64,000 nucleotides of DNA from an uncultured Verrucomicrobiales bacterium (GTDB taxonomy: Bacteria; Verrucomicrobiota; Verrucomicrobiia; Verrucomicrobiales; Akkermansiaceae). The stretch lies in the NCBI GenBank assembly GCA_937934595.1, contig CALGZA010000036.1, positions 7,637 through 71,636 of the forward strand, given 5' to 3'. The notes beneath the pieces were generated by a model, which saw only the letters and a list, made by a program, of their open reading frames with translations, did no database searches and was not told the DNA's origin. The translations under genes were made by a program, and so were the position numbers. Below are positions 41,768 through 52,800 of this stretch, piece after piece; the first letter of the stretch is position 1, and each line of letters begins with the position of its first letter.

Positions 41768-41961
41768 GACAGATTCATTCCAACTGAAAAAAACAACTTC
41801 GGCGATTATAATTTATCATAAAAATCACACCTGCTGTGAGCCTCATATACTAAACACATTACAAAAAGCACCTTAACCCTTCTTACGCATCAATTACGCA
41901 TGAATTACACCTCACAATAAGACCTACAGAATAATTTACAGAATCCCCACCTCTTTCCAAC

Positions 41962-42172
41962 TAATACCATTTTAACCGTTAGAATGGATCGATAGCACAA
42001 CAAGATAGCAAGAGTAGCAAGGCAAGAGGAAAGCGAATAGTGGACTATGCAACTGACGATTAACGAAGCTAATCTTGATATATTGTTGTGCACTTCAAAA
42101 AATCAGCTCTGCTGCTGATTCCAAATATATTGAAACCACTATCAGCCCAGAATAACTGTGAAAATGGTATTA
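41962..42172 (+). mobile_element. MITE-like repeat, copy 3 (211 bp)
   Basis: TIRs TAATACCATTTTAACCGTTA / TAACTGTGAAAATGGTATTA (18 of 20 complementary). Confidence 0.9.
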
Positions 42173-42196
42173 TTTCATCATCGCTGCAAAAGTGCA

Positions 42197-42904
42197 CTAT
42201 TTCTTCTGCATCTGTAATATAAGATTCACAGATGTTTGAGCAAAACGCCTACCCAGAACAACATATCCCTGCTTAGTATAATGAAGCCCGTGATGAATAC
42301 TCCCATCTTTTTGCTTTTCATCATTCAAATCGTCAGTATCCACCCACGCTCCACGCGCATAAGACTTAGCAAACCCTACTTGGACTCGCCGCATACGCTT
42401 CCTTCCCTCTAACCGCTTCTTCTGGTCCAGCCCATTATCACTAATCCGTCCTAATACGACATTGATCTCATTAAAACCAACATCCTCTCTAATCTGTTTA
42501 AGTAACTCCCTAAGATAAATAGCATAAGCCCTATTATTCAGATCCGACTCACCCTGCATCCATACAAATGTCACGGTTTTAAGCTTTTCTCCCTTAATAG
42601 CCAGTTTCACCACATCCATAAAAGGCTTATACAAATCCCCCCTAACCTTAGGAACCCTGCCTCCCAGTGGAGGCGGAAACTCATGATTCGCTTTCACCCA
42701 GCTCCGAATAGACGCACCATTAAAAGCCTTTTTTACTACAATAATATGCTCTTTACCAAACGTCTTTGCGATCAAAGGCGTAAATGATGCCTCTGGATTC
42801 ATCCCCACCATATTTGACTGCCCAGAAAGAATAAACAAATGCTTACCACCTCCCAGACAAAGAGAAGCCGTGAAAATCTGTAAAAGAACAACAATGACCC
42901 TCAT
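42197..42904 (-). CDS. SASA/DUF303-type SGNH carbohydrate acetylesterase
   Basis: FILSGQSNM, WMQGESD, and GLHY in the DxxH position. Confidence 0.9.
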   Translation of the reverse strand: MRVIVVLLQIFTASLCLGGGKHLFILSGQSNMVGMNPEASFTPLIAKTFGKEHIIVVKKAFNGASIRSWVKANHEFPPPLGGRVPKVRGDLYKPFMDVVKLAIKGEKLKTVTFVWMQGESDLNNRAYAIYLRELLKQIREDVGFNEINVVLGRISDNGLDQKKRLEGRKRMRRVQVGFAKSYARGAWVDTDDLNDEKQKDGSIHHGLHYTKQGYVVLGRRFAQTSVNLILQMQKK

Positions 42905-44817
42905 TATTTCACCGGCTTCAAAGTAAAGCTCCTTATGCTCAAACCCTTATTAGGATGCTTCATCGTCAACTGAAGCTTATTACTACCCTCCTTAAGCTCC
43001 ATAACCACTGGCTTAGTATCCATCCATTCAGCAGACGTATAAGGTATAGCAATGTTATACATATTCCTCCTATTCACACGCATGGTAAAATTACGGTCCA
43101 CCGTCACTGTCGTGACATTAGCTGTAAACTCATACTTCCCCCCCTTAGGAAGCTTCAGCTTATACGTCCGCAACTCTGGACGTTCACCAATAAGCGCATA
43201 ATGAAGCTGTACAAACTTCTCATCAAAACTTTTCATAAACCTCACCTTCTTCGAGCTCTCGGGCTTAGAACAAGCCGCTACAGGTATAGTGATAACTCCA
43301 TTCGCATCAGTAGTTATCGTCTTATCTGCATCAGTCAGTTCCACCTGCGGATAGACCTCCTTCTTCTGCTCAGGTGAACCATCCTCCTCACTCCAGTCAG
43401 AATTCGGTGACTCAGCAGCCTCAGTAGATTCCGCAAACTCAGCACCCACTGACTCCAGCTCCTTAACCTTCTCATCCTCCACAATTGCTAGCTTAATATA
43501 ATGCGCTAATGACTTCCAAAACCCACCACCTACTCCAAACTGCATACGCGCCACTATCCCCTCTCCATAAACATCTCCTATCCAGTTCGCCCTATGAACC
43601 TGACGGTATAACTCAGTCTTCATTCGCGCGCTTGACTCCAATTGAAAATCAAGACCACACTGCCCCCTAAAATAATTATACGTCCAGTGAGCCCCAAAAA
43701 CCGTCACCCATCCATCAGGCGTCCAATGACTAATAGCAGCATGCCCTCGCTGCGGCGCTGGCCGTGAAGGTATCCCAAATGCATGAGTTGCCGCCCTGCC
43801 CGTAAACGCCCTTGGCCCACAAATCCCTCCCTCCAAAAAGTAATCCTGAATCCTTGTTAACTTCATCTCTGGGCGAACCGGCCGTGATACACCCATAACA
43901 TAAGGAATATCTGTGCGCGTAATACGGCAATAACGCCACTGATACCCAATCCTCATCAAATCTGGACGATAATTGCGTATCACCTTCCTCATCCAAACCA
44001 TCGAATCCAAACTCCTAAAAGGAAAAATAAAACGACAATTCCAGCCTGATAACCCTAGAAAAGCAGGATCCAACTCGCCCTTTAAGCTCGCTTCCTCGTA
44101 ATTCTTATAAAAATTAACGAAAGCATCCGGCATCGCCTCTCCCTCTCTCACATAATTCCCATCTGGATGCTCCAGAGAACTAGCCAAGGCCCACAGCCTA
44201 TAAAAATCATTCTCAACCGCATTCCTACTTACCTTCTGAACAGCTTTATAATTCCTAATCGCCTGACCATACTTATTCTGATAAGCACCACCTAGCTCCA
44301 TCACATCAATGATCAACTGCTCATCATTAAGCAGCATTTCAATATGAGACTTCTCCTCATCTCCCTGACTAGCATAAACAGCCATTTCTCTAGCCGCTGT
44401 ATGCAGTAATGCACATTTTGCGAGCTTCGCATGCATCTCTTTCCCTTTCAGAAAAACTTCGGCATCTTTCATAACCTCCCTCGCTGCTATTAGCGCATTG
44501 CGCTGAGCTTCCACATAAGCCGGGTTGCCAGGCGCAAAAGTCACCGGTGCCATCTTAAGCTCCTGTGGATTTGGCAATTTAGGTAATTTACCTACTTTCG
44601 CATGCAGAGAATAGTAAGAATCCTTCTTCACACTATCCACCTTAGGTAGAGCCGCTTTTATCTCCGCCCTCAGCGAATCAAGAGTAGCTGTATACGAAGC
44701 CAACAGCTTTTGCCCACCCTCAGACAACAACTCAGTATTTTCTGCCCTAACAGAAAACTGAGATGAATATGCCAGCACTAATCCTATCAATAATTTCAAC
44801 CCAAATAACCTATTCAT
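42904..44817 (-). CDS. Exported hypothetical protein with possible Cys-His catalytic region and C-terminal CBM-like beta-sandwich
   Basis: Signal peptide; GGICGPRAF...GHAA; C-terminal MELKEGSNKLQL. Confidence 0.75.
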   Translation of the reverse strand: MNRLFGLKLLIGLVLAYSSQFSVRAENTELLSEGGQKLLASYTATLDSLRAEIKAALPKVDSVKKDSYYSLHAKVGKLPKLPNPQELKMAPVTFAPGNPAYVEAQRNALIAAREVMKDAEVFLKGKEMHAKLAKCALLHTAAREMAVYASQGDEEKSHIEMLLNDEQLIIDVMELGGAYQNKYGQAIRNYKAVQKVSRNAVENDFYRLWALASSLEHPDGNYVREGEAMPDAFVNFYKNYEEASLKGELDPAFLGLSGWNCRFIFPFRSLDSMVWMRKVIRNYRPDLMRIGYQWRYCRITRTDIPYVMGVSRPVRPEMKLTRIQDYFLEGGICGPRAFTGRAATHAFGIPSRPAPQRGHAAISHWTPDGWVTVFGAHWTYNYFRGQCGLDFQLESSARMKTELYRQVHRANWIGDVYGEGIVARMQFGVGGGFWKSLAHYIKLAIVEDEKVKELESVGAEFAESTEAAESPNSDWSEEDGSPEQKKEVYPQVELTDADKTITTDANGVITIPVAACSKPESSKKVRFMKSFDEKFVQLHYALIGERPELRTYKLKLPKGGKYEFTANVTTVTVDRNFTMRVNRRNMYNIAIPYTSAEWMDTKPVVMELKEGSNKLQLTMKHPNKGLSIRSFTLKPVK

Positions 44818-44897
44818 AACTTATATTTAATTAACGTCTATTTCCTTTATCATCTTTCATTAGATTCGGTATTGAAAACTCTATGTAAACAAAATTT

Positions 44898-45662
44898 CTA
44901 CATTCTATTACGTCTTCTTACCGATGAAAATCCCACCAGACCAATACCCAGTAAAACCACACTCGTCGGCTCAGGTATGTTGTTCACTTCACCATCAAAT
45001 ACTAAATTATCAATCCCTACCAGCGATGTGCTTGTATTTGATCCCCCATCCCATACATAAATACGAAAACTCGTGGCCGAAGTAACTCCCTGAAATTGCA
45101 TGCCAGTCAAATCAATATCATACGCTAGCGCATTAGCCACAGTAACTCCACTACTACTCGGTGAAATTTCTCCAGACCCCAAAATATTTACAACCGAATG
45201 ACCATCTATGCTAGACGTCACTGCAAATTGATCCGCACCACGGCTCTTATTATTCACCCATGCATAAAACGAAAGCGTATTAAAACTCATCTCATATTGA
45301 GCATCCGGTGTAAGCGTCACCTCAAAATACTCACCCTGGCTAAATGCCTGAGCTTGCGTCCCATTCGTGTTCACCCCGCTCCCCCTGTTAGCATATAAAA
45401 AACCATCACCTAGACTATACCCAGTATTCCCAAGGTTGTCACTACCAGTGCTCACTCCAAGAGCACTTACCACTCGCCCAGTGAAGCCCACACCCGTTGA
45501 AAATGAACCCACAGAAATGTGAGAAGCCACACGAAAAGCTTCAGCTTCAGAAGCTGGAATATCAACAGCCACCGCAGAGTTCTCAAAGTCAAAACCCGCC
45601 AACTCAGCTGAGCGAACTTCCGATAAACCTAAAGCCATAATCATAAAAAGGCAGTATTTCAT
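44898..45662 (-). CDS. PEP-CTERM surface protein
   Basis: C-terminal IPEPTSVVLLGIGLVGFSSVRRRNRM. The true start is likely MKYCLF at 45662; the longer ORF from 45845 begins inside MITE copy 4. Confidence 0.92.
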   Translation of the reverse strand: MKYCLFMIMALGLSEVRSAELAGFDFENSAVAVDIPASEAEAFRVASHISVGSFSTGVGFTGRVVSALGVSTGSDNLGNTGYSLGDGFLYANRGSGVNTNGTQAQAFSQGEYFEVTLTPDAQYEMSFNTLSFYAWVNNKSRGADQFAVTSSIDGHSVVNILGSGEISPSSSGVTVANALAYDIDLTGMQFQGVTSATSFRIYVWDGGSNTSTSLVGIDNLVFDGEVNNIPEPTSVVLLGIGLVGFSSVRRRNRM

Positions 45663-45713
45663 ATTGTATAAAGTGTAATCTAATACAGATAATACAATCA
45701 AACCAGCAAAAAG

Positions 45714-45924
45714 TAATACCATCTGAACTGTTAGAATGGATTGATAGCACAACAAGATAGCAAAACTAGCAAGGCAAGAGGAAAGCGCATAGTGGACTAC
45801 GCAACTGACGAATAACGAAGCTAATCTTGATAGATTGGTTTGCACTTCAAAAAATCAGCTCTGCTGCTGTTCCCAAGTACATTGAAACTACTATCAACCC
45901 AGAATAACCGTGAAAATGCTATAA
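45714..45924 (+). mobile_element. MITE-like repeat, copy 4 (211 bp)
   Basis: taataccatctgaac...gtgaaaatgctataa. Confidence 0.88.
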
Positions 45925-46009
45925 TATCAATGCATCTAAAACAATAAAGATCCTCTAAATCACCACTGCCAAATAAATACTAATTATAGCTCAAAAAACA
46001 TTATACCGG

Positions 46010-48769
46010 CTATTCACCCATAGATTTCAATCGCCAGCTTTTCAGCTTTTCATGGAATTGTGTATAAATGTTCGGTGAATAAGCCGCAGGCTTCACAGCT
46101 GCTAATTTCCGGAACCTCGTCGCCTCATCAGAACGCCCCAGCTTTTCAAGAATGATAGCTTTAATTGTAAACAACTCTATCCTACTGCTAGATGGAAAGT
46201 CAGGGTCTTCAATTAATCGCTTAGTACTGTATTCCGCTATCGCCATGTCTATGTCACCCAGAGCAGCATCCCACTGATCTAACTTCATATGCGCCAATGC
46301 CCGGCCTTGAAACCTAGGACTAGCCCAAGAAAAACGTTCATCTTTCTTCTTGGGAAACGGCCCAGCAAACACTTTAGCGGCCTCTTTGTATTTACCTTTC
46401 TCTAAATAATCATATGCCAGCGCTATATCACACAGCTCAGTCTGTAAGATCATCCCCTGATACACTGAAAAACCATGACTAAAAGCACACTTATACTTAA
46501 GACCTGTAGAATGCCACGCAATGGTCCCATTACGTCGTAATAAAAAAACATTCGGTATTGTATCCGCAGATAGTATACCCAGCTTGTTCACTACCGGATT
46601 ACTTAACCCACCAGGAGCCATCGCTACCTGACATTTCAACCCATATTTCTCAACAATAGCACCTACTCGCTCCTTATCGTCAGTGAGAAATACCACCACC
46701 ACTTCTAGTTCCTGATTCACATGATCATTGGCTAACTTCGTAGCAAAACCATGAGCACTCGGAAGATGCCGCTTTCTATCTGCACCAGGATTATCAAAAA
46801 ATTTCACGTAGAGAGACTCAGCAGGGTCAGCAGGGGGCTCTACAAAAAGCAACATAGTCAGCTTACCATTACTGTCTTCCGGAAGTCTCAGACTCGTCCC
46901 GTCGAGCTTCTTAAGCTCACTCGAAGGAAAAGGAATAGCCGTCTTATTCCATCCCAGATTCACTATATTACTACGTGACAGCTTGCGTTCACGCCGCCTA
47001 TTCGTAGCACGGAAAATATGAAAACTATAATACCGATCACGCAAAAACGATACCACAGGCCATAATAACTGAGCCCCCTCGTGCTCATCAAGTATCTTCT
47101 TACCATACGCCTCATACATGCTCCTCAAATGAAACTCTAAGGACAAGATCGCTGCACACGCATAGGTCTGAACGGATGCCTTATCGCCTCCTCTTAACTT
47201 AACAAAATCAGATATTACTAACTCCGCCTTAGTAGGATCTTCACGTAACAAACACCTAGTCAAACAAAACGATGCAACCAGATCTGCACCACTCGGCGTT
47301 TTCTTTGCTAAAACTTTTTGAGATTCCTCTTTTGCTGCAACAAGAAAATTTGAATCAATGCTCGCCTTCCATTTTCCCATCAATGCAATAATCCTATAAT
47401 TTTGAGCCACCCATAGGTTAGATGCATTCGGGAACTCCTCTATCACTGATCTCGCCTCCTCCTCAGCCTTACTATAACTAGCTAGTGCCTCTGCCTTTGA
47501 AAGCCTATAGCGAAGTGGAGCCGGAGTAAAACAAGCATGTATGGCATCTAAACTAGATTGAGGTATCGAATCAGAGGAACCAACAGGAGAACTTTGTGCC
47601 ACAGAAACAAGGAAATCACCCACCAAAAGAGACTGCAGTTGCGCTATACTTCGAGCATGCGGCATATAGGCATCAGTTACAATCACTTCAGTCTGAGCCC
47701 CTGCCTGACGTATTTTATCAATCTTACTGCCCTTAACATGATTACCTTTTACAAGTTCAGATACCAACAGCACGTATCCATAAGAATTAACCAAATACCC
47801 GTATGGCGCTTCCCCTGCAAAAATACGAGCTAGTTTACTCTGCTTACCTTGAGGCAAATGCATAGCCATCCAATGAATACCCATATCGCGCAGCTCCCTC
47901 TCGCCTGCATCTTCAAGGCTGTCCATATTGAAACTATATATATTCAGCTGGTCATCATACTTACTGACCTTTTCCTGGATTATCTTTAGCTCCTTCTTAT
48001 AGTCAGGCATACCCTTGGACCAGAAAACAACCACACTAGCCTGACCTGATAAATCTGACGGAAAGCTCACCATCACTCCATCAGCTCGCTTAAAATTCCC
48101 AGTAACAGGAACATCCACACGACCAAAACCAAGATTTTTTAAACGAAATTTCACTATGTCAGGGTCACTAGCAAAGCGCTCCGACATCAAAACAACAGCC
48201 TCGCCCTCCAGCGACCGAGACTCTATCTTACGAGCTATCATTGCCACAACAATAAGACTCTTAGACTCAGCCTCAGTACCTCGGTAACGCACTAGTATTC
48301 CACGGAGTGCCTCTACACGATCCTTCACACTAGCATCATTATCATCCATCTTACGATTCAATAATAACAAGTCCGCTTCTAACCTGTAACCCGCGTAACT
48401 ATCAGGCGCTTTTGCTAACTTCGCGCTAGTCTTGAACAATGACTTCTGATTCCGTTCATTGTTATCCATAGAAAGTAATCGCTTCTGACTACGAAACATT
48501 ATAGTCAGAACATCAAAACGCTTCTCAGCATCTGGAAATTTATTAATAAGTGAATTACCAGCTCTCACTATACTTTTGTATGAGCTACGCTTCTTAGCCG
48601 CAGATTTCAGCCCCTCTACCCCAATTAACTTCTTTTCCAGTAATACAACATCACTATCTTTAATATCAGCATAAGATATCGGTGCTAATCCTATAAAAAT
48701 ACTAACATAAATTGAAAAAATCATTAATTGAACCAAAGAAGACCTTCCGGTATTTGAAAATGTGATCAT
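46010..48769 (-). CDS. Exported protein with two thioredoxin-like folds and TPR repeats
   Basis: Signal peptide; VVVFWS...YSFNMD and MLLFVE...VFLTDD...PNVFLLRRNGTIAW (TlpA-like scaffolds); C-terminal TPR (GRALAHMKLDQWDAALGD). Confidence 0.7.
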   Translation of the reverse strand: MITFSNTGRSSLVQLMIFSIYVSIFIGLAPISYADIKDSDVVLLEKKLIGVEGLKSAAKKRSSYKSIVRAGNSLINKFPDAEKRFDVLTIMFRSQKRLLSMDNNERNQKSLFKTSAKLAKAPDSYAGYRLEADLLLLNRKMDDNDASVKDRVEALRGILVRYRGTEAESKSLIVVAMIARKIESRSLEGEAVVLMSERFASDPDIVKFRLKNLGFGRVDVPVTGNFKRADGVMVSFPSDLSGQASVVVFWSKGMPDYKKELKIIQEKVSKYDDQLNIYSFNMDSLEDAGERELRDMGIHWMAMHLPQGKQSKLARIFAGEAPYGYLVNSYGYVLLVSELVKGNHVKGSKIDKIRQAGAQTEVIVTDAYMPHARSIAQLQSLLVGDFLVSVAQSSPVGSSDSIPQSSLDAIHACFTPAPLRYRLSKAEALASYSKAEEEARSVIEEFPNASNLWVAQNYRIIALMGKWKASIDSNFLVAAKEESQKVLAKKTPSGADLVASFCLTRCLLREDPTKAELVISDFVKLRGGDKASVQTYACAAILSLEFHLRSMYEAYGKKILDEHEGAQLLWPVVSFLRDRYYSFHIFRATNRRRERKLSRSNIVNLGWNKTAIPFPSSELKKLDGTSLRLPEDSNGKLTMLLFVEPPADPAESLYVKFFDNPGADRKRHLPSAHGFATKLANDHVNQELEVVVVFLTDDKERVGAIVEKYGLKCQVAMAPGGLSNPVVNKLGILSADTIPNVFLLRRNGTIAWHSTGLKYKCAFSHGFSVYQGMILQTELCDIALAYDYLEKGKYKEAAKVFAGPFPKKKDERFSWASPRFQGRALAHMKLDQWDAALGDIDMAIAEYSTKRLIEDPDFPSSSRIELFTIKAIILEKLGRSDEATRFRKLAAVKPAAYSPNIYTQFHEKLKSWRLKSMGE

Positions 48770-48828
48770 ACTATTGTTATCTGTTGTTTATTAATTATAG
48801 ACTAAAATCTCATCTAAAAGACAAATTT

Positions 48829-49899
48829 CTACCTCTGATAAATAGGAATGTAACGGTGAGGTGTCGCTAAAATAATAATAGCCATCGGCGTACTGTGCAC
48901 CCCTCCATGTCTGCCTGCTATCCACGCCCCGTTCTCCTTCTGCTTACTGATGAGTGCATCCCGTATCACAGGATACCACTCCATATAATAATCATCACCC
49001 GCCTGCACCATAGCCTGAATCGCATAATAATGGGCATAGTAATAATGACCAGAACCACCAGTAATCACCGCAGGAAATTGCTTCTTCATGTAACGTAGCC
49101 CAGATGCAACCATTTCTGAATCTCTAAGCCCCGCAAGCTGAGCAGAGTATATTCCTCCCGCAGAACACGCAAAAGACGAGTTCCCACTACCTCTAGAAGT
49201 ATAAGTAAAACCACCATCTTGCTTATTCTGAGCCCTCTTCAGAAACTTCCCCACTTTAGTAATAGTACGCTGAGGGACCATTATCCCTGCCTGACGTGCA
49301 GAAGCTAACGCATGAAAAACAGTCTGAGTACATGAAGTATCTTCACCTCCATCAGACTGCGGCTGGTACCTCCACCCACCACCTCTGTTCTGAGAACGTA
49401 CTATCACATCCACCGCTTTCTCTAAAACCTTTTGTATAGCGTCATCATCCTTCGCATCGCGAGTCATGCCCCATATCTCAGATAAAGCAAGTGTCGCCAA
49501 ACCATGTTCATACATAGTTGTCCCTAAGTAGCCATCAGTGCGAGCTTTTGCATACTTAAGTAAAAAATCTTTAGCCCGGTCTAGCTCCTTACCATATGTA
49601 CCAGAACCAGGAAAATGAGCCTTTGACATATAAGCCATCATAGCCAGCGAGGTAATGCCTATCTCCCTGCCACCCTGACCATCTTCATCCCAGGAGCCAT
49701 CTTTTTTCTGAGTCGTAAGCAGATACTTCAGACCCTTATCAATAGCCTGAGACGCCTTCGCTGTCAGCTCTGGAGCATCAACACCACTCACCTTGGTTTG
49801 AGCATTTAATGGCAAAGCCAACACGCCAGACACAGTGAACAATGTCACTAATCTGCCACACAAGGCACGAAAAATTTGAGTATTTTTTAATGTCATCAT
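48829..49899 (-). CDS. Prenyltransferase/squalene-oxidase-repeat (alpha/alpha barrel) protein
   Basis: QW-like repeats QKKDGSW, SQNRGGGWRY, AQNKQDGGFTY, KQKENGAW; MYEHGLATLAL, YYYAHYY. Confidence 0.88.
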   Translation of the reverse strand: MMTLKNTQIFRALCGRLVTLFTVSGVLALPLNAQTKVSGVDAPELTAKASQAIDKGLKYLLTTQKKDGSWDEDGQGGREIGITSLAMMAYMSKAHFPGSGTYGKELDRAKDFLLKYAKARTDGYLGTTMYEHGLATLALSEIWGMTRDAKDDDAIQKVLEKAVDVIVRSQNRGGGWRYQPQSDGGEDTSCTQTVFHALASARQAGIMVPQRTITKVGKFLKRAQNKQDGGFTYTSRGSGNSSFACSAGGIYSAQLAGLRDSEMVASGLRYMKKQFPAVITGGSGHYYYAHYYAIQAMVQAGDDYYMEWYPVIRDALISKQKENGAWIAGRHGGVHSTPMAIIILATPHRYIPIYQR

Positions 49900-52800
49900 T
49901 GAGCTAGTTTTTCATAGTAGTCTTTAAGCACTGCCCTATATTCTAAAGGCAACTCACGGGCAAAATTTTCATTAAGCGCTGCCCGGTCTCGCTTCCCTAA
50001 CACCTCCCACTCTTGACGCCCACTCTTAGGCTTACTACCACGCACAGCACCCGGCATAAACATATTCATACTGTCCGTTAGCGACTCCACAGGATCGGTG
50101 TTAGCTGGATCTGTTGGCCCAGGAGGCCCAGGTGGAACCAAAAACTCACTGATAAAAGCAATTAAAGTATACCTCGTGTGCGCACCCGCAGAATGCTGAG
50201 CATTAACAGCCGCTTTAGCTTCTCCCGCATCAAGCTGTTCTACAGATTGAACCGCCAGTCTTTTAGCTTCTGTAAGATGCTTCTCGTATGTTTCCAAGAA
50301 CTTCACCAGCCTATCATGCTTAATCAAAGCTCCCCCCGCCTCAGGAACATTCGCTCCCGCCTGCCCTCCCAATTGCTTCTCAGCCTCGCCTTGAATACGC
50401 GTCAGAACAAAAGCTCGGGATCGATTAATCAACGAGTCATAACGTGCTGTAAATTTACTCTGAGCATCAGTAAACTTCTTATCAAGTTTGCCATTCGCTG
50501 CTTGAATCTTTCTTACAAGCACCTTCTGATCTGTAGCTAGTGATAACATCTCCAAGACCAACTTGTTCTCAGGTAAAACAACAGGAACCAAAGGCGGCTT
50601 AAGAACGTTCGATAGTAATTCCATAAGCAGTATCATTTTCTCTCCCTCAGCCATAAGTTGAGCATCAGCCATTTCCATCGCTTGAATCGCAGCACTTCTA
50701 TCTCCAGCCTTTAACTTGCTTTTAGCTACCGCCATATGCTCAGAACCAACGGCGTAGATATTCTCACCAGTCACCTCAAAAAGCTTCTCCCCATAGGATC
50801 GCGCTCGCTCCTCAAGCTTTTTCTGTGCGTCTATAAACGCTACTAATGCTTCCTCTTCTTTTGCACCCGCTACCAGATTTTTAATCTTATCCTGCTCCAT
50901 TCTAATAAGACCAGACTCTAAAGAAATCTGTTGATAAAAATCCACCAACTCAAGTATGTAACTATACCGAGGCGTCACCTTATCTAACTCTTTAGACAGA
51001 CCACCTAGCGTTTCTGCTACAAATGAACCCGCGTCCACAGCCTCTTCTATATCATTTTCTTCAATCGCCTCAGCTGCTGCATCCATATCATCCTTCGCAA
51101 AAAGAAAAACAGTCCCAGATTCTATCTGATGCGCTAGTGGATCGAGCGAGGCTAACACTGCATTCACCGCATGTATTAGATTTTTTTGCACAATAGCCAG
51201 TTTAGGCAATGCCGCCGGCTTTACCTTTTCTAACTGCTTAACCATATCTAACTGCTCAGCCTTTATATCTCCCACAAACGGAGCCGGCATCAATGCTGCC
51301 TCAGTATCGCCTAGCGTGATAAACAATGCACTATTTTGTAATAACTGACTCTCTAACAACTTACTCGCCTTATCAAGCGCATCAACAGCCGTTCCCTGAT
51401 GCTCTACCGCTACATCGATATCCTTACCTTTGAGAGCCACTGTCGCATTTTTCATAGCTAGCTCAATCTGCTCAATAAAGTTTAACAAGGGAGGAATTCC
51501 TTTGCATGGACTGATCTGATCCTTATCCCACTTAACCACTCTTAGCTTAAATTTACCAAAGTCATGAGCCAACTTCTCTTGAAGACGAGCAAAATTAAGC
51601 GCCTCACTGTCTTCCTCAGCATCTTCTGTCTTCTCAAGCAAGTTAATCTGGCGTTCCTCAAATTCAATGATCTCAGTCGCATGCTTGGAAATACCACCGT
51701 TAACTCCAGACATGATTGACCTCTCCGTTACCTGTTCTATCCGACTATGGATCACCTGAACCAAAGCACTGAATGATTCTTCTACTAATTTCTGCTCTCT
51801 AGCAGCATGACTACGCTCCCCTTTCTGAATAAAACCAACAGCTTGTTTCATAGCTCCCTCAGCCGCTGATAATAACTTTTCCACAGGAGGCCTTTTAGGC
51901 AATTCTCTATCCAGAACTGTCGGCCGAAAACTAGGAATATCCGGCATCAACAACAAATGCATCTTCTTCTGAAGAGCCGCTTGAGCAAGAGCCATCTCAC
52001 CACGTCGCTGCTGAAACTGCTCATCAGAAATAGAAGCACATGCCTCCCGTATTTTCTTCTGCTCTATGACTTGATCAGTAAGTAATGCCCCAGCCTTTGT
52101 GAGTGCATCATGCTCAGCTCCTATGCGTAACCGAAACTCAGCGTATAATATTGACTCTATAATCTCGGCTTGAAGTAATCTCGCCTTCGCTAAAGAAGCC
52201 TCTCCTGATTCACGTATCAATGCCCCTGCTTGCCTCATCTTATCTTCTACTCCCCCTTGTCTTAAACCTTTCACTAGCCGTGACAAATTAAAGGCCACCA
52301 ACGCATCGCTTATAGAACTCTCCTTATCCTCAGGAAGCGCATTAAATAACCTACTCACCCACTGACCTAACTGCTCTTGATGCTTGGCTAAATTCTCCTT
52401 ACCCGCAGTTGTCGCATCCTCTAACAATATGGTTTTCGACCTCAAAGGAGCCTGATTTTCCGCTATCGCATGTATTTCACGAGCCATCACTTCAGTCGCT
52501 TCTCTAAAGCCCATTTGTAAAACCAAAGTACTCAGCTCACGGGCAACATTATCAATAGCACGTACCGCCTTATCTAAATCAGGCCGTGACACATGACTTT
52601 TATCCTGAGCTAAAGCCCCCAAGTCCCGCAAACTGTCAGCCGCCATTACTAACTGCTTATCAGAAATACGCTGCATTTCTGCACTCAGACTTACCAAAAG
52701 ATCCGTTATCGATTTATCTTTAATCTCATTGGCCGCTAAATCATCCATCAAACTCTGAATACCCTGCTTAAGAACTCCTAATCTCTCCCTAAACAAATCC

